Source: Eledone cirrhosa
Taxonomy: Eukaryota
Direction of reading: 5' to 3'
NCBI GenBank assembly: GCA_964016885.1
Contig: OZ024745.1
Coordinates: 36,828,001 to 36,892,000, forward strand
Length of the DNA: 64,000 nucleotides
Shown here: one piece after another, positions 58,179 through 64,000 of the stretch
Layout of the letters: every line of letters starts with the position of its first letter
Position numbering within the stretch: position 1 is the stretch's first letter
The notes under the pieces: generated by a model
The model's input: the letters and a program-made list of their open reading frames with translations, nothing else
Told to the model about the DNA's origin: nothing
The model's database searches: none
Made by a program: the position numbers and the translations under genes

Positions 58179-58809
58179 GGTGGCTGCCAACTCGTTTTCG
58201 AGTACGGCCACTACTTTATATCAATATGCGATATAGTAGTACGGCCACTACTTTATATTTATATCCGATGCGCTGAACGAGTGTGATTTTTAGTCCAGCC
58301 AGCGACTTGAAAACTCTGGTACAAACACTACACTTGTGATAATTATTGACACATAGTGCTGGGCCCATGGTACCATGTGACGACAAGTGCAGAGAGATCT
58401 CCAGATATAAAGCAATGCCTGTGCCGTGAAGCTTTTATAGTGAGCAAAGGCACTACACAAAGCCAGTCCCACTCTCTTAACCAAGATGATATTTACCAAA
58501 AAGAAGAACATGTCAACATCATTGGATACCATCAGAGTTGCAGGTGTTATATCAGAGTTTTCCTTCTCCTAGAATTCTGCCTTGACAAAGGCTAAGGGGT
58601 CATCTCTCCCGGTGATTTTGGATGGCCATTGACTCGTAAGAGCTCCTTTGCCCTTTGACAGGTTTTGTTTTTAGTCCTGCAGTATGTCCACAGTCACCCT
58701 CCTCACCAAGAAACATTGGTGGGGTTGCCAGTTTAGTCGCCAACGACCCGACCATGAGACAGGTTGTACTGGGATACATGTTAACAGTAGCACCTACTGG
58801 TGACCTGAC
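58179..58809. mobile_element. Unclassified ~600-bp element in (CATA)n, copy B
   Basis: Matches 15045-15637 end to end. Confidence 0.85.
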
Positions 58810-58872
58810 ATATACATACATACATACATACATACATACATACATACATACATACATACATACATACATACA

Positions 58873-58906
<34 letters not shown>

Positions 58907-59053
58907 CATACATACATATGCAAAAGGTAAACAGAAATACCAAAGCAAACGATAAAGTACCTTAAATAAATATATTTGTTTTAAGGTTTATATATATATA
59001 TATTAATAAAAGATCGGAGGCCATATTCAGTTAGTTCAGGTTTATTTAAAACT

Positions 59054-59111
59054 CCGTTATACATATTTCATTGAGGACTATCAGTTTATATAACCTGAGC
59101 TCTTCAGGCGG
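59054..59111 (-). ncRNA. Hammerhead-like motif, partly degenerate
   Basis: ccgc-CTGAAGA-gctcag..ctga..-GAAA-tatgta-TA-acgg within a short (TA)n-flanked island. Confidence 0.5.
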
Positions 59112-59228
59112 CAAAACCTAAAATAAACATTGAAAGTTCCTAATAAACATTTGAATTTGGAAAAATCCAATAATTTCCCCAAAAAAGATTTTCTTTTCTT
59201 TTCATGATACAATATATATATATATATA

Positions 59229-59443
59229 CAGTATTTTCCGTAGTGTTGTAATATAAATATTACATACAGTAGATGGACAGCTCACGTAGAGTTTGCTCGA
59301 CGGTTCCAGTTGTAGTTCCAAAAGTAATCCGGAGAAAAATAGAAGGATTTTAATGGATACAGTTTAGTTAAATAGGTTATGTAACTGTTATAGAAACACG
59401 TGTCAATAAATTCCTTTTAACTAAACTGTATCCATTAAAATCC

Positions 59444-59448
<5 letters not shown>
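59229..59448. mobile_element. 220-bp miniature of the Naiad-type PLE (both termini, no ORF)
   Basis: 59229-59372 matches 1518-1660; 59373-59448 matches 7334-7409; (TA)n on both sides. Confidence 0.9.
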
Positions 59449-59491
<43 letters not shown>

Positions 59492-59493
<2 letters not shown>

Positions 59494-59935
59494 CGGTCTC
59501 CTACCAGCCATTACTCGTGAACACGGCCCCGAGATACTTAAACCTGCTTCAGTGCTGTAGAATGCACTGTGCAGTCTTCCTTGAGAGGAGGATTGTCTCA
59601 GCCTTTGTAGCACTCAGCAGCAAGACTATCAAGTACATGTCGGAGATCACCATGTCATCTACAAATTCCAGCAAACTGATCTTACAGCCACCAATCCAGA
59701 TACCACTCCAACTGACTGCGCATATCAATCCTGTTTGTGAATATTATGAACAGGGGAGAAGACAGGGGCGTTCGACACCCACATTTTATAATTTCGAGTG
59801 TATATTTGGTCGGCTCTGTTACGTCTGGAGCGAAAACCACATCCTGTGTCAATTAGCTTACACTCGACAGTATGCCTACTTCTCTTTGACAGACACTTAG
59901 CATAAACTTTACGTAGGAGACTTAACAAGGAGCTT
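59492..59935 (-). pseudogene. RTE-clade RT fragment
   Basis: CGFRSRR..ADQIYT and FKYLGAVFT peptides on -. Confidence 0.65.
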
Positions 59936-59959
59936 CTTCTACAATTTGTTTATAGATAT

Positions 59960-60116
59960 ATAATTGTTTCTACTTTTGACACAAGGCCAGCAATTACCCA
60001 GTGCATTACTGGTACTTTATTTTATCGACCCCGTAAGAATGAAAGGCAAAGTTAACCTCAGCGGGATTTGAACTCAGAATGGCAAGGGCCGTAACTCTAT
60101 GCGTCAAAGCATGGCA
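59960..60116 (-). mobile_element. Same tRNA-derived SINE family (5'-truncated)
   Basis: B-box, core and tail. Confidence 0.82.
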
Positions 60117-60220
60117 TATAATAGTCATAATTTTTATTTCATTTTATCAAAAACAATAATTTTTTGCTTTGTAAAGTTAAATACACAGAAAATGAAAGCA
60201 GATTAGGGAGTCATTCCAGG

Positions 60221-60592
60221 TAAAATACCCTGGGGCGGAATAAACATCAGTGGCAGCTAAGGAACTCAAAGCTTTATAGAAATGGCAGCGAGCGGCCATG
60301 AGAGAAGACGAGGGAGAAGTTAGAATGGGAAAGAGAAAGGCAAACAGACATAGAAATAGAAAGTGCGTAGCTATCTCATCAACTTGCAGCTATCCGAACG
60401 GTTTCATGCGCCATTGGAAGGATCGTTCATTTGAGGATAGCCCATAGAGCAGAATATATAATATATAATGTATGTCTGCTTCTCTCTCTCTCTTCTTCTT
60501 CTTCTTCTTTTTTTTTCACGGCCGCTCGCTGCCGTTTCCAGAAGGTATTGAGTTCGTTGTCACTGACCATTTTCTGTCCCCAGGGTATTTTA
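60221..60592. mobile_element. Fold-back / MITE-like element with long imperfect TIRs
   Basis: TAAAATACCCTGGGG/CCCCAGGGTATTTTA and GGCAGCGAGCGGCC/GGCCGCTCGCTGCC inverted pairs. Confidence 0.7.
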
Positions 60593-60716
60593 TCCGAATT
60601 TCTATGCTATGATTATTTATAGCAACCGGCTGTTTCACAATTATTTCTGCGTTTGAGCCTCTCGCTCTTCTATAGACCCATATTCCCTCAGTGCTTCACA
60701 TCAATTACTATACTCG

Positions 60717-60790
<74 letters not shown>

Positions 60791-60845
60791 GCCTACATAC
60801 ATATGTATATATATATATATATATATAAATATATTATATATATAT

Positions 60846-60969
60846 AATTGTTTCTACGTTAGGCCCAAAGCCAGCAATTACCCAGTGTATTACTGGTACT
60901 TTATTTTATCGACCCCGTAAGGATGAAAGGCAAAGTTAACCTCGGCGGGATTTGAACTCAGACTGGCAA
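60846..60969 (-). mobile_element. Same tRNA-derived SINE family (5'-truncated)
   Basis: B-box, core and tail. Confidence 0.82.
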
Positions 60970-61084
60970 TATATTATATATGTATAATGTATGCATGTAT
61001 GTATATACGAGCAAATGTATATAATATATATAACTTATCTGTGTGTGTATATATATATATACATATTTTTTTTTGTGTGTGTGT

Positions 61085-61141
<57 letters not shown>

Positions 61142-61588
61142 AATACAAAGACCAAAATTCAGATCCGAACATCTAGCCGGATAATGTCTATTTTCACTAT
61201 ATTGACTTGATGATCTGAACTAAATATAATCCGGAACGCCACACATGTTTTCGTTTATCGATCACTTGAGAGGAAAAATTGCTTTATTCAGTTGTTGTTG
61301 TTGTTTTTGTTTGCTTATATAGTATTTTTTATACATTTTTGTGTGTTTTTCTTTTCATTTTTTTTGTGGTGGGATATTCTTTTATTCTTTTAATGTTCAT
61401 TAGATTACGGCCATGCTTGCACGCCATCTTGGACGGATTTTGTCCATCGTATCAACATTACTTATTTTTTCAAGTCTGGTATTTAATTTGTCGATTGTAT
61501 TTGTCGAATCAATAAGGTACGGGACATAAATGATAGTAAAGGTAAACATAGACACGGAAACATACGAACACACACAACACGCACACGG

Positions 61589-61643
<55 letters not shown>

Positions 61644-62914
61644 GGGAATGAAGCTAGTTAGATACAATTGACACAGCCTCGGTCGTTTTCTCACTCACTC
61701 ATTGATTTAATTAAGTTTCTATTATTAAAATTTAGACCCAACTAGAGTGGACATTTACGTTAATCAGTGAGAAAAGTGACTTCGTGTGAAGTTCTGCAGT
61801 TTCTATCTAATAAATTTCACTCACAATGCCAGGTTCTAACAGAACACTGAACCCGAAACCACATAGATCTGAAGCGAATTCCTTAACCACATAGCCTTGC
61901 CTACAACGCTTTTCGTTTTTTAGCAAGACGACTGAGTTTGCTCATACTTTTCTATCGCTTCCGATGATAACTATTATTATAGTTATCCACCTATGGTGGG
62001 ATCTTTTGTTGACTGTATATTCGAATTAGCGGTGTCCAACCTTTGTTTATACGCCATTACAGCCCTAATCGAGCGTATGGCATCAGAAAGGTCCTCCATG
62101 CGTGACCAACCCGTCTAGTTTGTACAACTAAAATTATACTGCCCAATGTGTCCATTATTTTATAAGGCGGTAAAATTGTGATTCATGGGAGAGATTTGAC
62201 TGTTATTTGTGGAAAACGAGAAATGCAAAGACGGTTCAGAATCAGAATTTCTTAAACAAATCAAATAAGGAAATAACTATCACCATAGGCACTGAGCTGG
62301 CCAGCAGCAGGTGCGAGCCTCGCGATTTGGAATGGCTTTTCCAGAGCGTCTCCCTTGCCGTCCTCCGGTGAAACGCCTTCTTCATTCTATCCGCCGGAGC
62401 AGTGGAAAGGACACTAATATGATTGACTGACTTCGCATTTTATCAGTCAACTGTTGCTGTCGTTAACATCTGTCAGTCAATTATTTAAATACTTTCATTT
62501 TGTAAGCCTCGTGGAACCTAATTCCTTTCCAGGTCTGAAGAAAGCAGATTTCTTCAAGAAGAATAGGGAGTGAGAGAAAACATGTGAAAGAGATATAGAG
62601 GAAGAATCGACCCCAGTACTATTGTAACTGTGGGGCAATGAGAAATTAAGAAAGGTAAGTAACAATATATACACAAACAACAAGTGTTTCAATGTCATAT
62701 CCCAAATAAAGCAGAGGTTAGCCATGCGGGCCTATGCTGTCTTTTGTGAGACAGCTTTCCTGCAGGGTGTCATTCCTGGAGTCAACCCTTCTCATCGTAT
62801 TACGACATGGAGTGGTACGGTGTATCTATTCTAAACCAGATACAGACAGTGATATGTTGTATATATGTATATTTATATATTATCAAGGTTTGCTCACTTC
62901 CGAACCCCCTTTGG

Positions 62915-62950
<36 letters not shown>

Positions 62951-63137
62951 GGTGTCCAAAAAAATGCATACACACTTCAACAGAAGGCGTCTTTATCATC
63001 CAAACACACACACACACACACACACATCTTAATCGATCGACTTTCGTCAAATCGGACCGAGGAAACAATGTTTCCATTGGTCTTTCCAGTTGCTAGTACT
63101 ATCTATCGGTCGCAACTCCAGGTAGAAGGAACAACGT

Positions 63138-63246
63138 CAAATAAAGTGTCTTGCTCAAGGACATAACGCATCGCCCGGTCCAGGAATTGAACTCACAGCC
63201 TCAAGATTGTGAATCCAATTCTGTAACCACTCAGCCACACGCCTTC
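63138..63246 (-). mobile_element. CORE-type tRNA-derived SINE head
   Basis: GGCGTGTGGCTGAGTGGTTA..GTTCAATTCC..TGTCCTTGAGCAAGACACTTTA on -; related to 45634-45966. Confidence 0.75.
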
Positions 63247-63610
63247 ACACACATATATATATATAAGATTTTAATTACTTTGAATTATTGGAAATACAAA
63301 ACTAATTACTGCATTCCCCGGTGGACGAACGTTACTTTAAAGTACATGAAAGTATTAAGACCTTGTTTTTACGTTCAGCTGCTTCTCATTTTTAAATTTT
63401 TCACGTCCAAATTGATGTGCAGCTTCGATATTAATATACATGAAAGTGCTGAAATCTTGATTTTATGTTTTTCCTGGTGGGGTTGGGGGTTCTTTGGGGT
63501 GGGGGGCATTTTCAAAGTGTTCCTGTCAAAATTGACGTGCGTTTTCGAGGTCGGAGCGTCTTCTTGACTCCGAAAATACTTTATCTCATCAACATATATA
63601 TGTGAATATA

Positions 63611-63670
<60 letters not shown>

Positions 63671-64000
63671 CTGCCTCTACTAGAAAGTTTCTTTAGTTCA
63701 TGACTGCCATAAATTCCAGAGATTTTCGAACCACTACAAATTATAATTGACAATGTGACAGCCAAGCTAAGGAGGATAGCCCGGAAATAACAATAGAAAG
63801 GATAAATAGTTTATTTTCAGGTGACGTTTATTCACCTGTTCTTACCAAACAATATAACAATTATAGTATATTGTACTATTTTAAAAACACGTCAGTCGCA
63901 CAAAATATCTCCACCATAATTAATTTCTATTGTTCTTGACTGTTGGCTATCCCATATTTAATTAGGCGACCGAATATTATACCGTAAGGTGTTTCTAAGA

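Noticed and set aside
58356-58595. ORF with LCREAFIVSK..LNQ, vaguely like a GIY-YIG C-terminus
   Set aside because: The frame has a stop in the other copy and there is no GIY/YIG motif; insufficient support
62948-63000. TA-CAGGGTGTCC Tc1/mariner-like terminus
   Set aside because: No partner TIR found; a solo 50-nt fragment cannot be called an element

Overview
AT-rich, microsatellite-saturated eukaryotic (animal) DNA with no host protein-coding gene that I can support. The SINE families and the (TA)n/(CA)n/(GATA)n density suggest a cephalopod (Octopus-like) genome; this is inference. Almost all recognisable content is mobile DNA: two Penelope-like retroelements (PLEs; one is a nearly intact Naiad-type copy with a 2.3-2.5 kb inverted partner), a degenerate RepHel Helitron with both termini plus a non-autonomous Helitron head-to-head with it, a full-length Tx1/L1 LINE with four truncated copies all sitting in (GATA)n, RTE and R4/Dong-like LINE fragments, tRNA-derived SINEs and MITEs. 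The most interesting signal is non-coding. At least eight hammerhead-ribozyme-like (HHR) motifs of several unrelated sequence families are readable by eye, several with unusually long (59-126 nt) stem II insertions and palindromic stem III loops. They come with a series of small fold-back elements in (TA)n tracts whose inversion or truncation breakpoints repeatedly fall in or next to the HHR core. The many [18 protein letters not shown] ORFs are microsatellite artefacts. All structure calls were made by eye, not computed.
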